A stretch of 64,000 bases of DNA from Epithemia pelagica (Eukaryota > Protista > Bacillariophyta): positions 1-64,000 of the forward strand of contig OX337235.1 in the NCBI GenBank assembly GCA_946965045.2. The letters are read 5' to 3'. The position numbers and the translations under genes were made by a program. Position 1 is the stretch's first letter. The number at the start of each line of letters is the position of its first letter. Shown one piece after another: positions 32,594 through 44,819 of the stretch. The notes beneath the pieces are model-generated. The model searched no databases and was not told the origin of the DNA. It worked only from the letters and a program-made list of their open reading frames with translations.

Positions 32594-33349
32594 ACGAGTA
32601 CTCGTACAATAGACGCAGCTGTTTGTAAGGTGAGTGGATAGTGGATGGAGAATTTGCACTTATAGATCTCCGGCATAAAGATCACGGGAGGACGTCAGCA
32701 GAATGGTAGAGATTGGAGCAACTGATAAACTTGTTATCCAACGATCCTCATAAGAATCATATAGAGTATCCATCTCCTACCAATTACGAATATATTCCAA
32801 AGTGCCAAAAGACGCGTCGTATGTCGAACTTTCCTTCCCAAGTGAGGTTTGACTATTCGCGATTGTCATTCGACGCAATCGAATTGCATCAAACATTCAT
32901 ATCAAGAATCAAGAGGCATAACAATCACTCCGAACTCCGAACCCAACGAGAAAGGCTGGACATTCATGGTAGTTGTGCTATGGCTGTAATACTGTGCTGA
33001 GTCAGTGCAACCCTTTCGAGACAAAGTTGATTGCGTGGGAACTGGGAACACTCCATCGAATGGACAATGGACAGTTCCAAGAGAAAAAACAAAAAGAAAT
33101 TTTACTTTCCATTTTGGCATTGCAACAGGGGAACAAAAATGTTTCGGTTTCTGCTGCACACTTCTTGAGTTTCTAGGTAGAACTGTATAGGAAGTCTACC
33201 TATCTAGAGAGGGATCCAGTTTCGTTTTGCGTTGTGTTTTTTGCAAAACCGTAGATGACTTGCATTTTTTAGATGACTTTGTATTTTGGACAAGGACCAT
33301 TGAGCTTTGGTGGTGTTTTCCCTGTCAGATGCTACCCATTGCTACTTAA

Positions 33350-35083
33350 ATGGATCGAGCTGATGTGGCGCGTTTGCAATCTGGTGTGAACACGTCACCC
33401 ATAAGACCAGAATCAGCCCAACCAATGTCTACGTGCTACGAGATTTACCAACCTGTTCTCACTTTTTGCTCTCGCGACGAAAACGAGAAAAGAACCACCA
33501 TCAGCATGACATCTCGCACCGGCAACAACAAGACTCTGGAGAATGGTCGTCCTTATTCTGGCGATCCTCCCCTTTTGACGGTTCCTACTAATATTCCAGA
33601 CGACGAAACTACCACCATGGCTCGTTTTAGCAGCAAGGACGCTACGGCTACGACTCTTCTCCTCCACAAGACACTGGTGGCAGTCCAGCAAGATACCACT
33701 CGCTTCTTTGACACCCAAGACAAGGACGACAACAACAAGGCCCTTACCAAGACCGAGCATGCTACGGATTCGACTTCTACTACTTCTACCAATGATGATG
33801 ATGCCGTCCACGTGTTGAATTATGCCAAGGCCGACTTGACGGATCCAACGCGATTGCAAGAATTGTTGCAAGCCTTGGCATTGGAATCGACAACCTCCTC
33901 CACCTCCTTGTCATCGTGCTTGCATGTGGATTTGCACGGTGCCACCTTTTCCGGACCACAAGACTTTGCTCGTGTGTTGGCAGCCCTTCAAGACTGTCCG
34001 CAACTGGTACGGGCCAACTTGTCCAATTACTTGTGTTGTGATTATCTCTCTTCTTCTCCACAGACTCCGACACAACAGCAAGAGGAAGAAGAACAAGACG
34101 AGCATGAACCAGCCAAGGCCCTCGAGTCCTTTTTGATTCATGCACCACCACGGTTGCAAAGCTTGGATTTGTCCGGTCACTTGTTCAAGAATCCATCCCT
34201 AGTCCAAGAATTGTGTCGGGGATTGCAACACACACGGGCGCCCTTGCAAGAATTGTACTTGCACAGTTGTCTCTTGAGTGAAAGTAGTGCCCAACGCGTT
34301 TTGGACAGTGCCTTGGTGCAAGATACCCTCCAAGTGTTGGATTTGGGTGCCAATGACCAATTTGGACCCAACTTGTTGACAAACCATGTCGCTCCGTATT
34401 TGCAACAAACCCAATCTTTGCAAGCCTTGATTTTGGATCATTCCAGTACCATGTTTGCTGGCACTACGACTGTCAAGGACTTGCAACCCTTTTGGCAAGC
34501 CCTGTCGGACAATACGACCTTGCAACGCTTGAGTTTACGCTATTGTCGATTGACTCACGCCATGGGTCACGCTCTGTTGCGGGCCGTGGCATCGGGATCC
34601 AATCAAACCTTGCGAGAATTGGATTTGGAATTTACGGGATTTGGCTTGCGCGATACCGGCAATGAAACCTTGATTCAATTGATTCCCCACATGACGGCCA
34701 TGCGGACGCTCAAACTGTATACCGTCTATCCGACGCCCTTGATTCCATCCCTCTTGCAAGCCTTGCATTCCAATACCAGTTTGCAATCCTTTCGACCTCG
34801 TCTCGTCGTTGGATCAAAGTCGTCCGGCGGCAACCACCACCACAAGACCAACATCAGCATGCCTCGTCGAACCAGTCACCTGCTTCGTGCCGAACAGGCG
34901 ATTCGGACCATTTTGCAACGCAATCAAACCGTAGAGACCAGTCACTCCATGCTAGTAGCACCCCGTGTTGCTCCGGCCCTCTTGCCACAGGCCTTGGCCC
35001 AGTTGCAAGCGACGGCACCGACTGCCTCGTATGCCGTCTTGCAGCATTGGTTGCCCGAAGCGTGTCTGGTCGAAAACATCTAA
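33350..35083 (+). CDS. RNI-like leucine-rich-repeat protein
   Basis: LQSLDLSGH, LQELYLHSC, LQVLDLGAN, LQALILDHS, LQRLSLRYC, LRELDLEFT at ~28-aa spacing. Start codon uncertain. Confidence 0.85.
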   Translation: MDRADVARLQSGVNTSPIRPESAQPMSTCYEIYQPVLTFCSRDENEKRTTISMTSRTGNNKTLENGRPYSGDPPLLTVPTNIPDDETTTMARFSSKDATATTLLLHKTLVAVQQDTTRFFDTQDKDDNNKALTKTEHATDSTSTTSTNDDDAVHVLNYAKADLTDPTRLQELLQALALESTTSSTSLSSCLHVDLHGATFSGPQDFARVLAALQDCPQLVRANLSNYLCCDYLSSSPQTPTQQQEEEEQDEHEPAKALESFLIHAPPRLQSLDLSGHLFKNPSLVQELCRGLQHTRAPLQELYLHSCLLSESSAQRVLDSALVQDTLQVLDLGANDQFGPNLLTNHVAPYLQQTQSLQALILDHSSTMFAGTTTVKDLQPFWQALSDNTTLQRLSLRYCRLTHAMGHALLRAVASGSNQTLRELDLEFTGFGLRDTGNETLIQLIPHMTAMRTLKLYTVYPTPLIPSLLQALHSNTSLQSFRPRLVVGSKSSGGNHHHKTNISMPRRTSHLLRAEQAIRTILQRNQTVETSHSMLVAPRVAPALLPQALAQLQATAPTASYAVLQHWLPEACLVENI

Positions 35084-36059
35084 CGAGACGGGAGCAAAAC
35101 GACTGACTGACTGACGGTCAATACAAACGAGACGCTGGACAACTGTGCACCAAGTGTACTGTTGCATGATTGGACCGCTAGGGAACAACATGAAAGCCAG
35201 TGATACTGGTCGAGTTTGTACAACCATGCCATTCTCTCACGATACACTCGATTTGGATTGGAACTGCTGGACCATGACGCGCAAGGCATGTGGATCGCCT
35301 TGCATCCAGAGACATATATTCGTCCAAAATTCCGCGCCTCGGTTGGTCTGCTGATCTTGTGTTTTTCGTGAGGGTCCGTCTCACAGTATGCGGGTGCTCA
35401 CGGCAGCAGTAGGGGGAACTCCCGCAAAATCGAGTCGGATCTTGTTCGGTTCGGCCTGGAGTATGTCGTCGTGTCGCCCTCCTTGTACGTCGATCTCATG
35501 TCAGTGAGTGGGAGTAAATCTTCGAATATACAAGAATAGAAGAGACTCACAACAGTATGATTATCTAGCTAGCTATTCGACCAAACTCCAGAAAACAAAG
35601 AGCAAACAACAATGTGAAAGATGGCAGTGTTTCATACTCCGACGGGTGGTGTCTGTAGTGTAGCCATACCCGTTGGGTGTCCTAGAGACCCCCTGCAACT
35701 ATATATTCTCTACTACTACCTATTAGTAGATGATGTATACTCGTTTCCCCAGCAGTCCATGTGAAAGGCTCTCTTTTCTATCAGGAATAGGCAAGACTCT
35801 ACCGAAACACACCCAGCAAGCAAAGACTTATCCCGACCAAGAAACGCGTAGTATAGTAGACCAAACAACAACTCTGGGACCAAGGGTCTGTACGATTCAA
35901 AACACTGCTGGTCGGACGTGGAGAGAAGACACCAAAAATAATAAGAAACGACCACTACAACAAATATCAACAACGCAATCTGGTCCTCGCCTCTTGTTCG
36001 GTACTATCATTTTAGATTCTGAAAGCGCACGTATCATGGTGGATCATTCGTAGTGTTGT

Positions 36060-37650
36060 CCTTGTGCCGTTCATTCATTCGAAAAAAACCCAGGAAGAAC
36101 GATTTGCTTCCGAATTGTCAGCACGCGCGCCCGACGGGCAGAGTGTCCGTCAGTACGGACAGAGTGTCCGTCAGTCGACAGCGCGAGTGTCACATCCTGA
36201 CTTATGACTGGCGAGATGACTGTCTGTGTCGACCATCACACACATTCTTTTTTCCTTCATCGCCACTCGCCACCCATGATCCACAATCCACACCAAAGAG
36301 TCAACAAAAGAGACACTGTGTCTGTGGACCATCCTTGACAAGCTTGACGTGGTGGGATTGTGGTCGAGTGTGTCCTTTGTTGTGGTGATCCTTTTGGTTT
36401 CCGTTTGCAACTTTGGCTGGTAAAGATACAACATCATCATCCTCTCTTCCTCTTTGGCCAGTTGTTCTTATTCTTCCTCCTCTTTTCTGGGTGGAACGTT
36501 TGCCTTGTGGTTGTGATAGTTGTCGATCCAGTTTGGTTCTTTTCCGTCATAAAAACCTTTAACAAGTCAAGTATGCAACCATCTGCTTCTTCCACTGGTC
36601 GACTGGTTCGCCACAGCAGTGCTTCCTTGTCTCGTTTGGGTAGCGCCGATTCCGGCCGACGAGCAGTCGACATGGCGCCCTTCCCTTGGTGGCCTTGCCG
36701 CCATCACCACCGGCATCTCAATCCTCTTCGTTATATCAACCCATTCCAAATGTACAACCAGCAGTAGCAGCACCATCATCCTTGTTACAGCCACCCGAGG
36801 AAGACCCCTTGCAGCGAACTGCGTGCGACCACCACCACGAGTCAGACTCGGCGTCTTCTGCTACGACAACAGGAGAACCACCACCTCTGTCTTCCATGCA
36901 TACCGACCGAGAAGGCGGACAAGGGTGAATGATGATGATCATCTTTTGCAGATTTCATGGTTGGATACGAGAATCAGATGCCTTTGATGATTGAACATGG
37001 AACACACAACAGACAGTGGTTGATCCAAGGTTGTTTCACCAGTTCTCACGAGACATTTAGCTAACGGTGGAGCATGAAACCGAACGACAGAGATTGCTCT
37101 GAATGAGGGACTTTGCACCTCTATGGCTGGTTCCACCACGCAACTCGCGCGAACGACAGACGAGAAACCGACCGAGAAGGCTGACAAGGGTGAATGATGA
37201 TGATCATCTTTTGCAGATTTCATGGTTGGATACGAGAATCAGATGCCTTTGATGATTGAACATGGAACACACAACAGACAGTGGGTGTTTCAAGGTTGTT
37301 TCGCCGGTTCGCACGAGTCATGGAGTGGAGTATTTGTGCCGGTACTGGCCTTGTTTACCCTAATTTGTGCCCAACGCATTTACAGCATATGCTTGTTGTT
37401 GGAGTGTCAGGCCTGGTCGAAACAAGTCTATCATTGCGATCGCCTGCCCTCGCCGCAACTACCCACCGACGCAGCAGCCGCAACAGCCGTGAGGACTCCC
37501 CATGATACGTCGTGATCGACCACGGAGTCCTCGTTGCATCGACGAGCCTTGGTGAGTCGACAACTCGCTACGGCAGCATTGGCATCTTCGTCGTCCTCGT
37601 CGTCCTCGGACCACATCGTCAACATGCCAGCCTTGCAAACCTTTTTGCAA
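36060..37650 (+). pseudogene. Amino-acid transporter pseudogene fragment B (inverted copy of promoter and 5' CDS, 44425-43080)
   Basis: GATTTGCTTCCGAAT promoter match. ATG at 36573 gives MQPSASSTGRLVRHSSASLS. CLLLECQAWSKQVYH at ~37390. Interrupted by a ~130-bp direct repeat (36904-37040 / 37168-37305). Confidence 0.88.
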
Positions 37651-37861
37651 GTGACCCAAGTACAGTCATCCATCACGGCGCGTTCCACGACCGACAGCGT
37701 GGACAGGCAATGCTACAATTCCCTAATACCAAACTCTGGCATGGCAAGAAACCACGGTTGCGATTCAAGCTTTACCTGTCTCAGGTGGGATTGTCCGCGA
37801 CGTGGATCCAATGGGTAGAGACTCCCGGAATTTGGGACTATCCCTGATTCATGGGCCATTC

Positions 37862-37972
37862 ATGGCTGGTCGTCGCCATGGTTGTGTTAGTGCTGTCATT
37901 GGCCACCGCATCTTTGTCGTTGGAGGACACAAGGGAAGTCGTGCGATGGCATCGGTTGAGTCATTGCAATTC
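37862..37972 (+). pseudogene. Isolated Kelch-repeat fragment
   Basis: MAGRRHGCVSAVIGHRIFVVGGHKGSRAMASVESL matches the Kelch R..h...v....IyvvGG....l.svE pattern. No long ORF. Confidence 0.55.
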
Positions 37973-38649
37973 GACGAGACTTGTGATGACACGACCAATC
38001 AGACTGCTGCTACAGTCTTGTCGTCGTCGTCGGTGTGGGCGAGGACCCCAAGCCCTGATATATCCATCCAGACCAGGACAACTTGCTGCGGTTCGACGAA
38101 GTTTACACTGTCGACTTCAAGGCCAATGTCCGGTTGGTTCTTTTGACGCCCAGTCTCCTCAATTTGTGTCGAGACATCTATCCAATGCCCGGTGTGGCCG
38201 CCACGTGCAATAGGAAACAAATCAATGCCCATTTCTTTCGCCTGTCATGCCGAATGGAACAAGTACAGTGTCATTCCGCGCGGACTTGGCTTTTTTGGAA
38301 CTCTTGGATATGCATACGCCGCACGATCGTGACAGTTTTGTCAGTGCTAACCACCACCCTCCACCCAATGCCCGGACGGTCCTGGCCGCCCTGCCACCCT
38401 CCACAACCACGGAGGACAGTCCTCCCGACGAGCGTCCTGCATCTCCACCACACAAAACCACAACAATGGCACGCCACTCTCCAGCACGCATCGCAAAGTA
38501 TCGTCGTTTGGAGATTCCAAGTCGTCCAAGAAAATGATCAAATACGTGAAATCTCTCATGCTCGAAACTGGTGGAAGCCGACGTACGGAAGCTAGACAGG
38601 TAGTCTCTAGTGCGTACAGCTCTTGGTGCTCGCGACGTCAACGCGGCTG

Positions 38650-39515
38650 TACAATGAACGGGTGAGGCGACAGGACGTCAATGGACGCCTGACAGGCACT
38701 ATGGCACACCCCAGAGGCTAATCAGAGGAGCCCCCAAACTCGTAAAGGGTAGGCTACCGTAAATGTTGGGTCTATTGCACCATTGCTTTATAGCACCAAA
38801 CGCATGATTTAACTGCTAAAGGAGCCTGTCTGCCAGAAATTCGCCCGCCCTTCCCTCCAACAGAGCCCCACTTGCTCTAAGAAGTATATAAAGAAGAAAT
38901 CATAGTTGTAGTGGAGAGCGTGGGGGGAGAGACCATGCCAAAAAATCCTTATCTTTCACGAACTGACTGCATACATTTCGACCTTATATAACATTAGAAG
39001 GGTACGTCCGATCTTAATGAAACGCAGTGATTCGGAAAGCGCGTGACGAGCTCTTTCGAATGATGGTCTCACCATCGGTCAATTCAATAGTGTTCTTGAG
39101 TTATTCTTTCAAGCAATTTCTGGAATTATTCTATTATAGATTCAAAAAATTAACCACCAATCCGTTGAGGCCTACTACTTGGGCCTATAGTAAAAAGCAT
39201 CCGGTCAATCAACGGATGGTGCAATAGACCCAACATTTACGGTAATCAAGAGGTAGCCCGAATCTCTAGGCTAATCAAGAGGTAGCCCAATCTCTAGGCT
39301 AATCAAGAGGTAGCCCAAATCTCTAGGCTAATCAAGAGGTAGCCCAATCTCTAGGAGTACATACAATTTGAACGGTGGAGGCGACAGGACGTCAATGGAC
39401 GCCTGTCATGCAACTTTATGGCACACCCCACGCCGTATTGTATGTAACTCCTGAGGCAATCAAAGGAGCCTCTAACTCGTTGCTGGCTAATCAAGAGGTA
39501 GCCCTAATCTCTGTC
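38650..39515. repeat. 714-bp-spaced direct repeat with a hairpin, plus a 28-29 bp tandem array
   Basis: GAGGCGACAGGACGTCAATGGACGCCTG is identical at 38664-38691 and 39378-39405. (CTAATCAAGAGGTAGCCCAATCTCTAGG)x4 at 39243-39355, a fifth copy at ~39487 and a degenerate one at ~38718. Confidence 0.85.
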
Positions 39516-41518
39516 TGGCACAGAGACCAAAGTCTCTGTGCCAGATACCTGGTAACACAAGGACAAGTCCTCATGCCACCAGGGTTTTGTGATAACACCG
39601 ACAGCCGACACACCAACAACGACCACCAACAAGGACCACCAACAAAAGGACATCTCCGACAAGGACTCTAGCTAGACTCAGCCGATGTAATCGTAAGAAA
39701 CAGAAGAAGGGGTAGAGTGAGTAGGTTGAGTAGGAAAGATTCATTACCGACATGACTGTGCGCACGTACCACTAGCAACCGACGTAACTAACCACACGAC
39801 CTTCCAACCGTCTCGACCGACGCACACCACAGACATAAAACGATCCCAGCAACGGTTCTCGAGGAGGGGGGAGTTCTTCGACAATCGGGGGCGGATCTTC
39901 AGCTTCGAGGGGGAAAGTCGGGGGAGCTTCTTCTTCGTCATCTTCACCAGCAACTCCGGGAGCTTCTGCTTCTTCCGGTTCATGTTCAAGCTGCTCTGCA
40001 ATAGAAGGCAAAGAAGCAAGAAAGGAGCGGTAAGATTTTTTGTACTTTTTCTTCACAGTACTGTATTTCAACAGTAAAGTGAAGGACACCGATACTGGGG
40101 ATTGCCGCGGCATCGGAACAGGCACGAGCACGAAGGAGCCAGCGCCGGTCTTGCGACGTTTGTTTGTGTACAAGACACACTCAAAGCCGCGACCGCGCTT
40201 GCGCTTCATGTCACTACAACAACACGCGAAAGGTGAAGACCGACAACACACAATACGCATGATAGGATACTTTCCAAGAGGATTCTTGTTTCAGCAGGTT
40301 TTGTTTTTCAACAGAGAGGGTTTTTTGGTTTTGTGTTTGGAGCGCACTTGGCCTACGACCTACGAGACCAGCAAAAAAGTAGAGTAGACGATGCCGGTTC
40401 GCGTGTGCAGGCCGTCGGCACGGCAATGGAGGTGCGGCGAGTCGGCGCTGGACGCAAGGAAGCAACAATCCACCAAGACAATGGCGAACAACCACACAAC
40501 CCACAATGGACCCTGCCACCAACAACGGCCACAACAACCAATCATCCTCGAGTGCCGCCATCCTTCTCATCCTCGAGATGCTTGACACTTCATCGTAAAC
40601 AACATCAACAACAGTCCGCAACCCTCGACCACAACCACTACCCTCTTATTTATGACGCCAGTCGGATTCTTCTCGTACAAATCAAGTCACTTCACAGAGT
40701 GCCAGCGTGTGAAGCTCCACTTTCTATCCTTTCCAACGTGCAGACTCGAACACAAACTGTTGGAACGATCCCATACTACGATACTCCATCGGTAGGAGTA
40801 GGAGTAAGACTATCATTATCCTACTGTCGGATTCCTCTGGGGATCTTTCATGCATCCCGTACACCAACGGTAGTATGGAAAGAACAATGTCATCGATAGT
40901 AGTTATTTGGCTGTTCCAATCGTGTCGCGTTGGACGAAATCAAGGACAACAATGACGACGACCAAGAACCCGTAGAACCGACAAACGTGATTGGAAGCCG
41001 CAATGCCGCTTGTTCGTATACAGAGGAACGAATGAGACTCTTTGTACATAGAGTGTTGCAAGCAAGAAACGAATGAAGAAGCAAGGAATGATCACCACCA
41101 GACGAGTCGAACGATTCTGTTACACTATAATAGCGAATATAGCGAACGATCGAAAGACGTCGTTTGGCCAGATTGGTAGTAGTACTTTGGCGTTTCAAAG
41201 GGTTATGAATTGGTTTCCGTCTCGTCTTGTTCGGGGTCCCTATTCGTATCGTGTTGGTCCAACCAAAAAGAGGCTCCATGAGAGTCGAGTCATAGTCATA
41301 GAGAGGGACACGATCTCTCGGAGTGTCTTGTCGTCGTCGTCGTCGTCGTGTGCATGATTTGGAGAGAGGGGTGAGGTCGGTCCCAAGCCGACGTTCCAAA
41401 CACTACACACCATGTCTCTTCTACTGTGGGTGTCACAAACGGTGTTGGTTGGTAAGGTGTTCTTTGGCAAACCCGCTCTTGGACCGGTTCCAAAAAGAGC
41501 TCCATATCCTCAAGTCCT

Positions 41519-43840
41519 TCACTGCTTGTGGTTGGCCGTCATGCTTCCCACAATATCCGACAGGGCCTGGGTACAGCCCGTGACGAGGACCGTGGCACAA
41601 AAACCGAGAATGGCGACATTTAATACCATGCGTCCGACGGACGCCGGCGCAATGCCTCGATGGTGCAAGACCATGTGCAACAGACCGGGCAAGGCGGCCA
41701 ATCCCGTTTGTCCCACGGCTCCCACCAAGGCAATCAAGGTGGCCAAATCATTCACCAGCCACACCAACAGGGCCAACAACCAGACCACCACCCAGCGACG
41801 GACAAACCACCAAGGATCATTGTTCGTGGTTGTAGGAGTAGTAGGAGGAGTGTTGTTGGTGTCGTCTGGGGGACAGGGAGCCGTAGTCGTTGTCGTATTT
41901 GGAGGCGTCGTAGGATGATAGCGTGCCTCCTCCTCGAGGGGAGCCGCAGCAGTCTCGTTCGTGGCACGAGTCGAAGGAGGATGCTGCACCGCCATTAATG
42001 GACGATTCACCAAGAGCAATCCATCTTCTCCTCCACTACTACTCGTACTGCTCCCTTGACGACGATTCCAAGGCCAGGGTGGTGGAGCAGATGGCCTGAT
42101 TGGACAACTGGAACTCGCTTCACCTCCGCCCTGGCGACGGTCCTGTTGTTGTTGTTGCTGCTGAGACGACCCCCACCACCATTCTTCCACGACTTGCATG
42201 GCGGGCGTAAATTGCAAGGGAAAGGTGAGAGCGACCGCGACCAGAACCAAGACATTGACGACGGCAAACCAGGGATTGTCGGCATGTTCGTGCTTCAAAA
42301 AGGCTGTCACACTGCCCGATTCAATGTAGGGATAGCCCAAGGAAGCGGAAATGCCAATGACGGCAAACAAGGCCGCGACGGTCGTCATGCTTTGAATCAA
42401 CAGGGTGGAAAAGGAAGAAGACGACGAGGATGCTGAAGCTATCGACGAAGAAGGAGACGACTGCTCTTGTTTCCGTCGTATTGTTGCTGTTGTGGTTGTC
42501 GTTGTGGTTGTTGTGGGCAATGAGGAGTTTATCATTGGATCGGCCATAGTCGTTGGACTGGAAGTGGTGCTCCTGGTTGTGGACCGTCCCGCCGAAAAGC
42601 TATTTTCGACGGGCAAGACCAATCCAATGCCTTCAAAGGCAAAAAACATGTCGGCCGCAAAGGTACTCATGCGCGACGCAAGAGAACGATTGGAGGATTG
42701 CGTGGTATCATCGTCATTATTGTTTTGTGAATAGTCTTGCCAATTGTCGTAATTGTCGTCGTCGTTCTGTTGTTGTTGGTGATAGGTTTGCACAAATTGA
42801 ATCAGTCCGGCAATAGTGGCCGTGGCAATGGCCAGGAGCATGAACGCATTGGCCGTGGCATTGAGCCAACTCAGGTCGTGAATCCATCGCAACAAGACGA
42901 GGCCACACATGACGAGTGTGACGCCGAGCAAGGCCACGTCATTCGAGACTTGCCAGGACGACAGAGAGGCTTGCAAATTGGTCGACACCAAACTTAAAAA
43001 GACACAACAGACACCGCCCTGTTGCACAAAGAGTAAGACTTGCACGACACGACGAGCCGTCACCGATCCCCCCAAGGCGACTTGGGCCACTTGCGAAAAG
43101 GTTTGCAAGGATGGCACGTCGTGATTGTCGGACGAGGAGGAGGACGATTCCGATGCGGTGGAAATTTGTCGTCCCAAGGCTCGTCGTGGATGCGACGACG
43201 ATTCCGTCGTCGTGGATCCTGACGTGTCATGAGGAGGATTCACGGCGGCTGTCGTTTCACCGGCCTGGGAGGACTGTGGCGGCAAGGTATCGTAATGATA
43301 GACTTGCTTCAACCAGGCTTGACATTCCAACAAGAGACACATGCTGTAAATGCCTTGGGCACAAATGAGGCCAAACAAGGCCAGCGCCGGTCCATACGAC
43401 AAAAAGGACGTTCCACCACTGTGGCCCGCCATGAGGGCAAAGGCATGGGGCAGATTCAAACAGCCCGGTCCCAAATTGCCCTTGATCAAGGCCATGCGAG
43501 CGTGCATGGGAGACAAGGGCGGTTCAGCTGCGGATGCTCGTGTCGCAGCAGAAGCCGAGTCTGTCTCGTGGTCGTTCGCAGTTTGCTGCAAGGGATCTTC
43601 GGGTGGCAACCAGGATGACGATGATGGTACTGCTGCTGTTGCTGGTTGGACATTGGGAATGGGTTGATAGGACGACTGAGAAGATTGAGGTGGTACTGGC
43701 AAGGCCACCAAGGGAAGAACACTGGTGCCATGTCGACTGCTCGTTGGTGAAAGGCCCGAAGAATCTGTACTGCCCAAACTGGACAAGGAGGCACTGCTGT
43801 GGCGAACCAGTCGGCCGGTGGAAGAAGTAGATGATTGCAT
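41519..43840 (-). CDS. Amino-acid/auxin permease family transporter (SLC36/AVT3-like)
   Basis: ALIKGNLGPGCLNLPHAF, YSMCLLL, DMFFAFEGIGLVLPVENS, LTFPLQFTPAMQVVE; multiple hydrophobic segments. Confidence 0.93.
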   Translation of the reverse strand: MQSSTSSTGRLVRHSSASLSSLGSTDSSGLSPTSSRHGTSVLPLVALPVPPQSSQSSYQPIPNVQPATAAVPSSSSWLPPEDPLQQTANDHETDSASAATRASAAEPPLSPMHARMALIKGNLGPGCLNLPHAFALMAGHSGGTSFLSYGPALALFGLICAQGIYSMCLLLECQAWLKQVYHYDTLPPQSSQAGETTAAVNPPHDTSGSTTTESSSHPRRALGRQISTASESSSSSSDNHDVPSLQTFSQVAQVALGGSVTARRVVQVLLFVQQGGVCCVFLSLVSTNLQASLSSWQVSNDVALLGVTLVMCGLVLLRWIHDLSWLNATANAFMLLAIATATIAGLIQFVQTYHQQQQNDDDNYDNWQDYSQNNNDDDTTQSSNRSLASRMSTFAADMFFAFEGIGLVLPVENSFSAGRSTTRSTTSSPTTMADPMINSSLPTTTTTTTTTATIRRKQEQSSPSSSIASASSSSSSFSTLLIQSMTTVAALFAVIGISASLGYPYIESGSVTAFLKHEHADNPWFAVVNVLVLVAVALTFPLQFTPAMQVVEEWWWGSSQQQQQQQDRRQGGGEASSSCPIRPSAPPPWPWNRRQGSSTSSSGGEDGLLLVNRPLMAVQHPPSTRATNETAAAPLEEEARYHPTTPPNTTTTTAPCPPDDTNNTPPTTPTTTNNDPWWFVRRWVVVWLLALLVWLVNDLATLIALVGAVGQTGLAALPGLLHMVLHHRGIAPASVGRMVLNVAILGFCATVLVTGCTQALSDIVGSMTANHKQ

Positions 43841-44819
43841 CGTACTGGACTTGTGGTTATTGTTGTTGTTTGTGGAGGGAGAAACGAACCAACACTGTCA
43901 CGGCATGAATGGATCCACAACACAATCTCACAACTACACGGCCAAAAGTTCCACCCAAAAACAAAGAAGAAGAAGGTCCAAGGAAGACGAGACGGAAGAG
44001 AGGATGATGATGTTTTATACACAGCGCAGCCAAAGTTGCCAACGGAACGGATCACAACAACAATGGACACACTTGACCACACAATCCCACCACGTCAAGA
44101 GCTCGTCCAAGAATGGTTGTCGTCCTGGGTTTGGTCTCTTCTATTGTATAGTGTCTTTGGTGTGATATGAAAGAAGGGGAGGAATGATGGCATGAATTGA
44201 TGGCAGTAGGAAACCAAAGTATATGTGGCGCACGATCGACAGACACAGAGTCTCCCCAGTCAGTCAGTCAGTCAGTCGCAGTCGCAGGGGGTGAATGACT
44301 CCGCTGTCGACCGACGGACACTTGCTCGGTAGTGCAGTCCATTCGGAAGCAAATCTTCCCCCAAGATTTGAAACTGTCTGATCGCTGTCGCAAAGACATG
44401 AAGGGAACCGCACAATGACCCTGACCCTGACGTCCGATCGCGAGGAATGACGTACTGCAGTGTTGCAACTGCAGTGGGAAAGATTCCGGCGACCGGAATC
44501 GGACAGACCATCCTGAGAAGATTCGTGGTTCGTGGTGTCGATTGCCAATCCATCACATCATGTCACGTCAAGTTTTGCCCACACAAATCGACAAACGTCA
44601 ACTCTTTTTTTTTGGTGTTGTTGGTACCAACGGAGGACGGAGGAAGAGACTTGGGACTTTCTCTCTCTCTTTTCTTCTCTAATATCGAAAAGCTCCACGA
44701 ACGATTGGCTCTCTCGATACTACCAATTGATCTCTCGATACTACCAATCTCTCTCTCTCTCTCTCTAGCTAGCCAGAGAAACGAATTGAAGAGTCATTCT
44801 CATTCATTCATCATTCATC

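Noticed and set aside
38650-39430. Helitron 3' end or LTR pair
   Set aside because: The hairpin is not at the canonical distance from a CTRR end; no TG..CA ends, PBS or PPT seen.
39772-40621. Short minus-strand ORFs (162 aa, 135 aa) as genes
   Set aside because: The acidic/Pro-rich tail looks protein-like but there is no clear start or domain, and part of the region is duplicated with frameshifts. Left unannotated.
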